A stretch of DNA of 64,000 bases from Ignavibacteriota bacterium (GTDB lineage Bacteria; Bacteroidota; Ignavibacteria; Palsa-1295). The stretch spans positions 256,001 through 320,000 of the forward strand of contig CAWBEI010000003.1 in NCBI GenBank assembly GCA_963787835.1, written 5' to 3'. Position numbers and translations under genes: made by a program. Position 1 is the first letter of the stretch, and every line of letters starts with the position of its first letter. Below the pieces are notes generated by a model. The model saw nothing but the letters and a program-made list of their open reading frames with translations. It was not told where the DNA came from and ran no database searches. Positions 39,928-49,333 of the stretch are shown in pieces.

Positions 39928-40931
39928 TTACTCTGGGTTGGGCTGCTATTCATTCCTCTCTGCCGCTTCGATCTGAGTTCTATGATCGTGAGCATACAAA
40001 ATAATACAAACAAAAAAAATAAGCCCCAGAACAGCCATTTCATTGCAGTAAAAGGATAATGAGGGCTGCGGCTATCTTCGATAATATAGTGTGTATCGTT
40101 CGAGCCAAGCATCAGCATTCGAATTCCACGAGACATGCGCAAGGGAAGCCCATCGAAGATCGAAGCGATCGGCATTAGCCATCCATAGCGATGGGCATAG
40201 CGCCACCTGAAATCATTATTGGCATGGAGCATCGCCCCCGGCACGAGCAGTATTAGTTCCGACCGGATATCGGCATCCGGGCGCTGCTCCGCATTGGTGG
40301 AATATCGGACCAAATGTACCATCATCGGCTGGTTCAGAAGTGCATTGCGCAACACTGGAACGCCGATAGCGATGCTGTCGCTGCCAAGGGTAAAGTAACA
40401 ATGATAGTAAGGATCAAGCGCGATCCATTTTCCGGTGGGAGCATCGAAGATTTCGAGTAGATTATGGCCGATCCCACCAAGTTCGAATGCGCCGTTTATA
40501 TCCCACAATCGTGCAAGAATATTATTCTTTGCGAATAATGCGCAGACCCCGATATCCGCATTATAGCAATGAACACGCTTACCCTCTTCGAGAAGGCGTT
40601 GGCACGTATCGGGTTGATCGATCGCCGGCAACGCATCTCCCGGAAGCATTGGGTGTGTGGAGTCGAAATGTTGAAGTATAGCCACTGCAACGGAAAATTG
40701 AGAAGCACTTTTGTTTTGTGGATCTGCCATGTACCGAAACGAATCGGAGGCAGCAATATCTGCGCTCGAATCAACGATCTTATAGGACCCAATAATGAGC
40801 CGAAGCCGATGCTGAGAACTAACAAGCACGATGAGCGCTGCAAATAGCAGTAGCGATAGGAGAGCAAAAACCGGCGCCAGTAATCGGCGGCGTACCATTG
40901 GGGTGCGGTCGGGCTGACGAATTACGGGCAT
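39924..40931 (-). CDS. Membrane-anchored transglutaminase-like protein
   Basis: N- and C-terminal TM segments; candidate Cys-His-Asp triad in HCYN / GHNLLE / WIALDP. Confidence 0.6.
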   Translation of the reverse strand: MPVIRQPDRTPMVRRRLLAPVFALLSLLLFAALIVLVSSQHRLRLIIGSYKIVDSSADIAASDSFRYMADPQNKSASQFSVAVAILQHFDSTHPMLPGDALPAIDQPDTCQRLLEEGKRVHCYNADIGVCALFAKNNILARLWDINGAFELGGIGHNLLEIFDAPTGKWIALDPYYHCYFTLGSDSIAIGVPVLRNALLNQPMMVHLVRYSTNAEQRPDADIRSELILLVPGAMLHANNDFRWRYAHRYGWLMPIASIFDGLPLRMSRGIRMLMLGSNDTHYIIEDSRSPHYPFTAMKWLFWGLFFLFVLFCMLTIIELRSKRQRGMNSSPTQSN

Positions 40932-41039
40932 GTATGGATCAAGAACACCATGAGTGGCAATGGTTCACAAAACAGTGGCAACAGTCTGTATAAAACGGAC
41001 GATCTTATTACATAACAATCTGCAAAGCTGTTCCTCACA

Positions 41040-43316
41040 TCACCCAACATTCAGATAGGATTCCTCATCGCGGTACAGGCGGAGGAATTCTTCGCGTGTC
41101 GCATGATTCGTCGGTAACCGGAGTTGTGGATCGGCAGCAATGATGGCTTCAGCATCTTTGAGGGTGTGCTCAACAATGTCGGTATCGGTCGCTAAATTAG
41201 CGATTCGGAGCATGACGCGGCCTGATTGTTTAAGTCCCAAAATATCTCCCGTCCCTCGGAATTGAAGATCTGCCCTTGCGATCTCGAAGCCATCGGACGT
41301 TGCCACCAGTGTGTGAAGCCGTTCGAGTGCGATGGATGATTGTTCGAGTTCGTCACTCGTCATCATGCCGTCTCCGGAATCCAATTTTTCACTCGCGACG
41401 AGCACACAGGCCGAATCCGCACTACCGCGTCCTACGCGACCTCGTAGCTGATGAAGCTGTGCCAGCCCAAAACGCTCTGCATGTTCGATGATCATGACTG
41501 TTGCGTTCGGAACATCGATCCCAACTTCGATCACGGTCGTCGCGATCAGAACATCGAATTCTTTTTCGCGAAAGCGTCGCATTGCATCCTGTTTATCATT
41601 AGAGGACATCTTTCCATGCACCAGTCCAACACGAACGTGCTTAAAGTCATGCGACTTCAGATATTCGAATGCTTTCTCGGCAGCTTCGGAATCAACTTTC
41701 TGCGATTTTTCTCTCAAGGGATACACAATAAAAACCTGCTCCTGTTTTTGCTCGATGCGGCGCAGAGCAGCCTTATAGATCTGTGGGTGATCGTGTTCGA
41801 AAAACAGCATGGTCTTGATCGGCTGCCGTCCGCGTGGCATTTCACGGATGGTACTCACTTCCATATCGCCATATAATGTAAGTGCCAACGTTCGGGGGAT
41901 CGGGGTTGCCGTCATGAGAAGAACATCCGGCGCAACCGGCTGCGGGGTATGGATCTTCATTCGAAACAGTTCATGCTCGATCTCATCGAGGCTTGCAGCA
42001 TCTGCGCCTTTTTCTGCAAGCGCCTTTCGTTGAGCGACTCCAAAGCGATGCTGTTCGTCCGTCACAACAAATCCAAGTCTGTTAAATCGTACGGTCTTTT
42101 GAATGAGCGCGTGTGTGCCAACAACAATATGAGTCTCCCCTGCTGCAATGGTTTCGAGCACGCTCTTTCTTTCCCGTTTTCCCTGACCGCCAATAAGCAA
42201 AACGGTTTTGATAGCTGTATCTTTCAGGATAGTTGTAAGCGTGTTGAAATGCTGCGCTGCAAGCACTTCCGTAGGCGCCATAAAAGCACATTGATAACCA
42301 TTTTCTATCGCTACGAGCATCGCAAGAATGGCAACGATGGTCTTGCCGCTGCCCACATCGCCTTGCAAGAGCCGGTTCATCGGATAGCTTCGGCCTCCTT
42401 CTTTTGACATATCATGAAGAATATCGAGCAAGGATTTCACCTGATCCGATGTAAGCTTGTATGGCAAGGAATCAAGGATAGTCTCGGCAATGCCACGCTC
42501 AAAAAAGGGCTTTTTATTAAGAGCGCCAACCATCCTCGACACATCGTATTTCACCACTCCCGTCACCGCCATGCGCATACGTTGGCGCTCCATGGCAAGC
42601 CGCAGTTGCATGAAAAATACTTCTTCATATTTTAACCTTCGACGCGCTGATTCCACCCGTTCAGGACTCCGAGGACGATGTGCCTCGCGGATGGCTTCGG
42701 CACGCGGCATGAGTCGTTCGTGATCCAAAACTTCATCAGGCAGGATCTCGTGAAGAACCCCGAGTTTTTCCCCCATCTCGATCGCGGATTGGATGAGGTC
42801 GCGAAATTGCTTATCACGAAATCCGGCTTTGCGCAGCGCTGGCGAAAGATAATACAGTGGCAGCATCTGCCCACGAACAAACTCCTCCGGGTTCATCAGA
42901 TGCTCGATGAAGGGCGGCTGCACGATCTGCACCACATTCTGATACTCACCGGCATATCCCGCAGCAAGATATTCCTCCCCCTCCTGGAATTGCTTTGCCC
43001 GCCATTCGGGGAAATCGAAAAAGACCAATTGCAACACCCCGCCGGAATCGTCCTGCATAGCAATGACGGCACGCGCGCGGCGATGCCCGGGAATGCACCG
43101 TGCGGAGATAACCTTACCTCGTACACTCACGGGTTTTCGAAGATGTTTTCGAATCTCCGCAAGTGGAACAAGCTGCCTGGCATCCAAATACCGTCCTGGA
43201 AAATGAAGGATCAGATCTTCAAGCGTAGCTATTCCGGCACTAACGAGCGCCTCCGCCTTTTTGGGCGTAACGCCGGGGAGCTTGCGAAGGGATTGGGCTG
43301 GAATTGTGGAAATCAA
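41040..43316 (-). CDS. recG: ATP-dependent DNA helicase RecG
   Basis: LLQGDVGSGKT, DEQHRFG, MTATPIPRT and LHQLRGRVGRG. Confidence 0.98.
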   Translation of the reverse strand: MISTIPAQSLRKLPGVTPKKAEALVSAGIATLEDLILHFPGRYLDARQLVPLAEIRKHLRKPVSVRGKVISARCIPGHRRARAVIAMQDDSGGVLQLVFFDFPEWRAKQFQEGEEYLAAGYAGEYQNVVQIVQPPFIEHLMNPEEFVRGQMLPLYYLSPALRKAGFRDKQFRDLIQSAIEMGEKLGVLHEILPDEVLDHERLMPRAEAIREAHRPRSPERVESARRRLKYEEVFFMQLRLAMERQRMRMAVTGVVKYDVSRMVGALNKKPFFERGIAETILDSLPYKLTSDQVKSLLDILHDMSKEGGRSYPMNRLLQGDVGSGKTIVAILAMLVAIENGYQCAFMAPTEVLAAQHFNTLTTILKDTAIKTVLLIGGQGKRERKSVLETIAAGETHIVVGTHALIQKTVRFNRLGFVVTDEQHRFGVAQRKALAEKGADAASLDEIEHELFRMKIHTPQPVAPDVLLMTATPIPRTLALTLYGDMEVSTIREMPRGRQPIKTMLFFEHDHPQIYKAALRRIEQKQEQVFIVYPLREKSQKVDSEAAEKAFEYLKSHDFKHVRVGLVHGKMSSNDKQDAMRRFREKEFDVLIATTVIEVGIDVPNATVMIIEHAERFGLAQLHQLRGRVGRGSADSACVLVASEKLDSGDGMMTSDELEQSSIALERLHTLVATSDGFEIARADLQFRGTGDILGLKQSGRVMLRIANLATDTDIVEHTLKDAEAIIAADPQLRLPTNHATREEFLRLYRDEESYLNVG

Positions 43317-43404
43317 GTAAAATTAAAGAATTAAGAATTGAGAGTTATGGTTCGGTTATTCCTCCAATGCTTCTGTAATTGTATTTCTCTATTTTATATT
43401 TTTC

Positions 43405-45660
43405 GTGATACGAGATCAGATCCTCCAACTCCTTCGCGATCACCAGGGTGAACTTTTCAAAACGAATGAGATCTCGAAAATGCTCGCCATCAAATCCGAT
43501 AGCGAGCACAACCAAGATCTTCGGCGAACACTCGACGCCTTAGAACACGAAGGCACGATCATCCGTGGATCGCGCCGAAGGTATGGGTTACCAAAAATAG
43601 TTCTGACCGAGATCGAAGGTGAGCTGCATGTCAAATCCAATGGCAACGGTATTGTTACGCCATCCCCGGAGTTCGATATTGGCGATACCGTGCTCATTCG
43701 CGTTCGCAATATCCGCTCTGCCATGGATGGCGATATGGTGCGTGTTCACCTGTTCGCAGCAAAAAAAGGAGAACGCCCGCAGGGTGAAATCACAGAAATT
43801 CTTCGGAAAGCCGCGCATCGGATAATAGGAACCATCGAGCGTACCCGCCAGGGATTTTTTGTTCGCCCGGAAAGCGGCAAGATCAAGCGCGATATTTTTA
43901 TTGCCCGAAAAGATCTGCATGGCGCTCGTGAGGGCGACCGAGTTACGGTCGAGCTTTATGAATGGATCGATGAATATCTCCAACCCGAAGGCTTTGTATT
44001 GAACATGCTCGGTGCAGTGGCGAAAGAAGGGTTCTCCAATGCGGCGATCATCTCAGAGTACAATCTTCCCGAGCAGTTTCCAAGCGCCGTGCTTAAGGAA
44101 ACCGACAAGCTCGCTGACACCATACCAGAATCGGAGATCAAGAAACGGCTCGATCTTCGAGGCGAAACGATCTTTACCATCGATCCCGAGGATGCAAAGG
44201 ATTTCGACGATGCTGTTTCACTTACCGAGAACGATGACGGCACCGTTACCCTTGGCGTCCACATTGCCGATGTCAGCCATTATGTCCGGGAAGGTTCTGC
44301 ACTGGACCAAGAGGCACTCACTCGCGGCACCAGTGTATATCTTGTTGGCGGCGTGATCCCGATGCTTCCAGAGCGTATCTCGAACGAGCTTTGCTCCCTG
44401 CGGCCCGACGAGGACAAACTTGCCTATTCTGTCTTTCTTCGCATCGATCCGGAAACCGGAAAAGTGAAAAAAGCAGAGATGAAGAAAACCGTCATTCGAA
44501 GCGTCATGCGATTTTCCTATGAAGAAGCAGAAAAGCGAATCAACAGCGGACGTGGAAAACATGCGAAACTTCTACGGCAAATGCGCGCGCTAAGTCTTAA
44601 AATGTATGATCTTCGAAAAGAATCCGGTTCCATTGATTTCGAGTCTATGGAATACCGGTTTCGATTTGAAGGAGGCGAGCCGGTGGAATCCGTGCGAAAG
44701 GAGCGGCTTGGCTCCATGCGAATGATCGAAGATTTTATGCTGGCTGCCAACCGGGCTGTCGCCGAATTTATTACACGAAAGGCAAAGCAAGACAGTGAGC
44801 GGCCTTTCCTGTACCGTATCCATGCTGAACCGGACTCTGCCAAGATCCGTGAACTTGCTCAATTAGCAAAAACCCTCGGCTATAAATTATCTGCCGAGAA
44901 CCCTACACCTCGCGTCATTCAAAATTTCCTGGAGTCACTGAAAGGCAAACCGGAAGAACACTTACTCAATCAGCTCATGCTTCGCTCGATGGCTAAGGCT
45001 GTCTATGCCGAGCATAACGTAGGCCATTTTGGACTTGCCTTTTTACATTACACCCATTTTACTTCCCCGATCCGCCGCTACCCCGACCTTATCGTTCACC
45101 GGATGCTCGCCGAATATCAGCGACCTGGTGGAATGAACCGCGAACGCGAACATCATTATTATGAGATCCTTCCGGAGATCGCCGATCAGACCAGTGCGTC
45201 GGAACGTCATGCAACCGATGCAGAACGACAATCCATCAAGCTTGCACAAATTCACATTCTGAAGAAAAAGGTGGGGGACGATTTCGATGGCGTTATTTCC
45301 GGCGTAACCCATTTTGGGATTTTTGTAGCACTCGATTCAGGAGCAGAAGGTCTCGTACATATCCGGGAACTTCCCGGTTACTATGAATTCGATGAAGCGC
45401 ACTATGCGCTCATCGAACGGCATGGGCAATTCGGACCGAAGGGTGAAGGCCGAAGATTCCGCGTTGGTGACCAGCTACGCGTACAGTTAGTGAAAGTGCT
45501 CGAAGAGAAACGGCAGGTCGATTTTAGGTTAGCGGAGATCGATTATGCCGACGGCACCCGGCCGATCAACTTGCCGCCGCCACCTGCGTTGAAACAACGC
45601 GGGCGTTCCGTTGCCGGAGGACCTCGAAAAGAGCTACGCCACAAGCGACGCTCGCGTTAA
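43405..45660 (+). CDS. rnr: Ribonuclease R
   Basis: TIDPEDAKDFDDA, HFTSPIRRYPDL, S1 domain and basic tail. Confidence 0.97.
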   Translation: MIRDQILQLLRDHQGELFKTNEISKMLAIKSDSEHNQDLRRTLDALEHEGTIIRGSRRRYGLPKIVLTEIEGELHVKSNGNGIVTPSPEFDIGDTVLIRVRNIRSAMDGDMVRVHLFAAKKGERPQGEITEILRKAAHRIIGTIERTRQGFFVRPESGKIKRDIFIARKDLHGAREGDRVTVELYEWIDEYLQPEGFVLNMLGAVAKEGFSNAAIISEYNLPEQFPSAVLKETDKLADTIPESEIKKRLDLRGETIFTIDPEDAKDFDDAVSLTENDDGTVTLGVHIADVSHYVREGSALDQEALTRGTSVYLVGGVIPMLPERISNELCSLRPDEDKLAYSVFLRIDPETGKVKKAEMKKTVIRSVMRFSYEEAEKRINSGRGKHAKLLRQMRALSLKMYDLRKESGSIDFESMEYRFRFEGGEPVESVRKERLGSMRMIEDFMLAANRAVAEFITRKAKQDSERPFLYRIHAEPDSAKIRELAQLAKTLGYKLSAENPTPRVIQNFLESLKGKPEEHLLNQLMLRSMAKAVYAEHNVGHFGLAFLHYTHFTSPIRRYPDLIVHRMLAEYQRPGGMNREREHHYYEILPEIADQTSASERHATDAERQSIKLAQIHILKKKVGDDFDGVISGVTHFGIFVALDSGAEGLVHIRELPGYYEFDEAHYALIERHGQFGPKGEGRRFRVGDQLRVQLVKVLEEKRQVDFRLAEIDYADGTRPINLPPPPALKQRGRSVAGGPRKELRHKRRSR

Positions 45661-46348
45661 GCGAAGCAGTTTTTCCGAACATCGGAATGGCCGCTAACTT
45701 TTCGCATCGCTCCCTTACTAAGCGATGTAAGCCTTTTTCTTCGCTGCCAATAATGAGACAAATGGGTCCGATAAGATTGATTTCGTAAATTGACTCGGTC
45801 GCTTCACCGGCAAGCCCACAGCAGGTTACGCCAAATTCCTCCTGCAATTTGCGGATCGTTTCGGCGAGATTGCCATATTTCACGATCGGCAAGTGGTTTG
45901 CCGCACCTGCACTGGCTTTATAGACGGCCGGTGTCAGCACAGCTCCACGTTTGGGTAAAAGAACGGCCGTCGCGCCAGCTGCTTCCGCAGAACGAATGAT
46001 CGCACCGATATTGTGCGGATCTTCAATGCCATCGAGTGCAACAAGGATGGGATTCGAATTCTGTGCAAGCACAGCTTCCAACTCCTGATAGCCGCGTTGT
46101 GCAATGAGTACGATCACTCCTTGCGAATCCTCGTCGCGCGCCACACGGCTCTCCAGTTCCCGGAATTTGCCACGATCCACTTCACTGAATGCGATCCTAT
46201 TAGTTCGTAATAAATGAAGAAGCTCCCCTATCTGCGGTCCGTGGTTCCCATGCGCGATATAGACCTTCTCAATTCTGGTACGCGAGGCATCGTCGCGCAG
46301 TAATTCGAGCGCGGCGCGTCGGCCAACAATATATTCGCTATCCGTCAT
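45566..46348 (-). CDS. rlmB: 23S rRNA Gm2251 methyltransferase (SpoU family)
   Basis: DPHNIGAIIRSA, GSEEKGL and IPMFGKTASLNASVA. Confidence 0.93.
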   Translation of the reverse strand: MTDSEYIVGRRAALELLRDDASRTRIEKVYIAHGNHGPQIGELLHLLRTNRIAFSEVDRGKFRELESRVARDEDSQGVIVLIAQRGYQELEAVLAQNSNPILVALDGIEDPHNIGAIIRSAEAAGATAVLLPKRGAVLTPAVYKASAGAANHLPIVKYGNLAETIRKLQEEFGVTCCGLAGEATESIYEINLIGPICLIIGSEEKGLHRLVRERCEKLAAIPMFGKTASLNASVACGVALFEVLRQRNARVVSTQVAAAS

Positions 46349-46352
46349 CGTG

Positions 46353-46922
46353 TTATTTTATTATTTCGAGTTCCGGTAATGCTCGTTGTGGACCGAAGTG
46401 CTGGAGCAGCGCATCCACAGCAGTTTCTGGTGTATCGTGATATTGAATAAGATGCAGCCATGGCGCAAATTGCGGCTCACTGCTAACATAATCAACAAAT
46501 CCCTTCCAGTTTTCACCTATGAGAAGGATCGGCTTATGGGGCAGAAATCCTTTCGTCAGAAAATCCCAGGCCATTGCAATCTCGGCGAGCGTTCCGGTTG
46601 AATTCCCTATTGCGGTCCACGCATCCGGCAAGTCCAGCAATTCCATCAAACGGTCTGTCGCGCTTTTCACGCGTACCTCGCGAGATAAATAAGAATTCCC
46701 TTCGCGACCACGAGCATAATAAACTTCAGCGGTCACGCCGATAGCAATCCCGCCGGACTCTCGCGCGCCTTTCGATGCTGCTTCCATGATGCCATCGTAC
46801 CCACCGGTCACCACCCCGAATCCTGCATTAGCGAGCAAGCTTCCAAATCGCTTCGCCTCGCGATAAAGAGGATCGGTTGCTATAATGTTTCCAGGCCCGA
46901 ATACTGCGATAAGTTTTTTCAT
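46353..46922 (-). CDS. LOG family protein
   Basis: VVTGGYDGIMEAASKGA and GTLAEI. Confidence 0.88.
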   Translation of the reverse strand: MKKLIAVFGPGNIIATDPLYREAKRFGSLLANAGFGVVTGGYDGIMEAASKGARESGGIAIGVTAEVYYARGREGNSYLSREVRVKSATDRLMELLDLPDAWTAIGNSTGTLAEIAMAWDFLTKGFLPHKPILLIGENWKGFVDYVSSEPQFAPWLHLIQYHDTPETAVDALLQHFGPQRALPELEIIK

Positions 46923-49144
46923 TAGTCAAGAAAAGCCCAAACGACATCCAGCCGCCAGTGGAAACCATTGCGCGGATACAGCGTGGTGCTGTAATCCGGA
47001 GCGCCGAGAACATTCAGGAACTCCATGCTTACCTGCGCGCGCCGATCGACCTCCGCCGATAGCAGAACATCGAAGATCGGCTGTATTACGTTCAGCCTGG
47101 AATCGTACGACTGGATCTTTTCCAGGGCAGAATCCCCTACCACGGAATACGCGTAACCTCGATAGACATAATAATCGGACGCTGGGTCATAGGAGATCTG
47201 CGGATCGAGCTGGCTAATGAAACGCACTCGCGGGCCGACTATGAACCGAAGGTTCCCTTCACCGACCTCATTCTCGAAATAGAGACCGGTGTTACCAAAG
47301 AACCTGTTTGGAAGATCACCCTCAAGCGCTGGTGTAATAGTGTACGGTGTAATAGGAACATTCTTGGGGAAATACGTGATAGCGGATCCCCAATGAAACT
47401 TGGAAATATATCCATCGAAAGCCAGCGTATAGGATTGAGAATGAAGATCGTTATTCGAAAAAATGGGGAGGGTATGATTGATGTCGTTCGGATAGGGATA
47501 CACGATACCCTCCGGTTCATGACGGTCGAGGAAACCAGCGTGAAGCGCAAGGCTATCATGGGCTGCAAATGCAAAATGTGCATCGAACCAGCCACCGAGA
47601 TTCCGCAATTGATACGTCTCGCCGGGATTCGGACTGAGCGTTGCGCGGTCCATTGAATACTGGTAGCTTGCGTGGAACGAAATAGCATCCGTGATGCCGA
47701 TCGAGCCGCTAAGTCCAGCCGAAGGCAATACTGCTGCGGAAAGCGGCCCTCCTCCGATCGACAAATTCGACTCAACCGTCCTCACAAAACCAAAAAGAGA
47801 AATTCGGAGTGCAGTTTTTAGCGCAAGTGAATCGCTCGCCGTTGCGGAGAGACGTGTCTCCGTGATGGGCCGCGTATAAGTAAAGACCGAATCCTTGGCG
47901 ATGCGTTCGGCATCGCCGCGAACGTTCGCGCTCGTCATGAAATCACCGATGGCGAGCCGAAGCGGCTGTTCGAGCATAAGCCCGAAGCGGGAACCTTGCG
48001 AAGAACTCGAAACAAACGATGGGAATGTGCTGGCAGGCGATAAAATGGTGCGGGTTTCTAACGAGGCATAACCGGCAAGCTCGGTCCGTGCCTCGGCGAG
48101 GAGCGGCATTTGAAGTTCGACGAGCGCGTCGGCGCGCGTGCGATGGTCGAACGTGCTATCGTCACGCACCTGCGCATTGACCTGATCAAACACGTCACTG
48201 GAATCGGTCGCACCAATTCCGTTATTAAGGCCGCTAAAGGCAGAGCTGTATTGCGCCCAGATGAGCAGATCGAGCGTTTTTGCGCGCGCTGCCGGCGTTG
48301 CAAGAATGGAATCGATCTTATGCTCGGTCATGGTGCTATCGGTGGGAAGCGTTCCGAGATATTTATCGATCGACATTTGCCCACGCGCGCTCCAGGTATC
48401 CGTTCGCGGATTGAAGGAAAGGTCGTATGGCACCGGAGTCGAGCCAGAAGTGTGCCGCGAGATCGCGAACGTCAGATTCGTAGCACGGGAAGCATTCAGA
48501 CTGAACAAACCATCGAAATTAGAATTATCGCGTGCCAGATCCTGCGTAAAATGAATGCGGGAGTAAGGAACCGGCGCGCGAAACCGCTCTATCGTAAAAT
48601 TAACATCGTCGCTGGACGCAAAATCTGCACCGGTCATCGATGCTCCTTCCGCACCACTGTTCATGCGAATACTGCTATACACATCGATCGGGAAATAATT
48701 CATCATCGTCACGCCATTGAGGATGCTGTTCATCGGCAGGACGTCATCCATGGATGTCGAGGCGATATCCTCGCTCGTGCGCGAAGTCATCACAAAGGAC
48801 TCTCGCCCGTAACCCTCATCCGAGAGCACCAGCGGATATGGCCCGCCCGACTCCTCGAACAATTCCGGAACGGTGTTCTGCGTACCGTAATAACGCATGG
48901 CCTCGTTGGAGTAAAACAGATTGCCGCCATCGCGCTGCACTTGCGGCTTGCGCCACAATCCATTCTCGGGCTTTGGTGAGTATGGCAGCGTGGAATCACC
49001 ACCCTGCCGTTGTGAAGGTATTTTCGCGGTATCCATCCCAGGAACGGGCAAGGCGCGGATAGTATCCGAACCGATCGGAGTTTGCGCGCGAACGCTTGCC
49101 GCCATTAGGCAGATAAAGAGAAGAAGAAGTGGCGTGATACGCAA
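46922..49144 (-). CDS. Putative outer membrane beta-barrel (porin-like) protein
   Basis: Signal peptide, beta-rich sequence and C-terminal amphipathic strand WRLDVVWAFLD. Confidence 0.7.
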   Translation of the reverse strand: MRITPLLLLFICLMAASVRAQTPIGSDTIRALPVPGMDTAKIPSQRQGGDSTLPYSPKPENGLWRKPQVQRDGGNLFYSNEAMRYYGTQNTVPELFEESGGPYPLVLSDEGYGRESFVMTSRTSEDIASTSMDDVLPMNSILNGVTMMNYFPIDVYSSIRMNSGAEGASMTGADFASSDDVNFTIERFRAPVPYSRIHFTQDLARDNSNFDGLFSLNASRATNLTFAISRHTSGSTPVPYDLSFNPRTDTWSARGQMSIDKYLGTLPTDSTMTEHKIDSILATPAARAKTLDLLIWAQYSSAFSGLNNGIGATDSSDVFDQVNAQVRDDSTFDHRTRADALVELQMPLLAEARTELAGYASLETRTILSPASTFPSFVSSSSQGSRFGLMLEQPLRLAIGDFMTSANVRGDAERIAKDSVFTYTRPITETRLSATASDSLALKTALRISLFGFVRTVESNLSIGGGPLSAAVLPSAGLSGSIGITDAISFHASYQYSMDRATLSPNPGETYQLRNLGGWFDAHFAFAAHDSLALHAGFLDRHEPEGIVYPYPNDINHTLPIFSNNDLHSQSYTLAFDGYISKFHWGSAITYFPKNVPITPYTITPALEGDLPNRFFGNTGLYFENEVGEGNLRFIVGPRVRFISQLDPQISYDPASDYYVYRGYAYSVVGDSALEKIQSYDSRLNVIQPIFDVLLSAEVDRRAQVSMEFLNVLGAPDYSTTLYPRNGFHWRLDVVWAFLD

Positions 49145-49256
49145 TGTGTGGAGGCGGTTGCTTTCTAAGTCCCACTCTAACGAAGGCAGCGGCAGATTGT
49201 TTTCGTCACTGTGAAAACGACTTTAGGCGTGTTAAGTGTTCACTAATACCGCAAAC

Positions 49257-49320
49257 GGTGTGTACACTGGGTTTTAACCCGGTGCAGAATTTCCCACCGG
49301 ATTGGAACCCGGTGTACACC
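49257..49320. repeat. GTACAC-GGTT/AACC REP-like doublet (copy 1)
   Basis: GGTGTGTACACTGGGTTTTAACCCGGTG...CACCGGATTGGAACCCGGTGTACACC. Confidence 0.8.
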
Positions 49321-49333
49321 CAGCTATAATATT

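Noticed and set aside
48110-48979. 289-aa ORF, and similarly 53163-53867, 12677-13381 and 42678-43334
   Set aside because: Antisense shadows of well-supported genes, with no motifs of their own.
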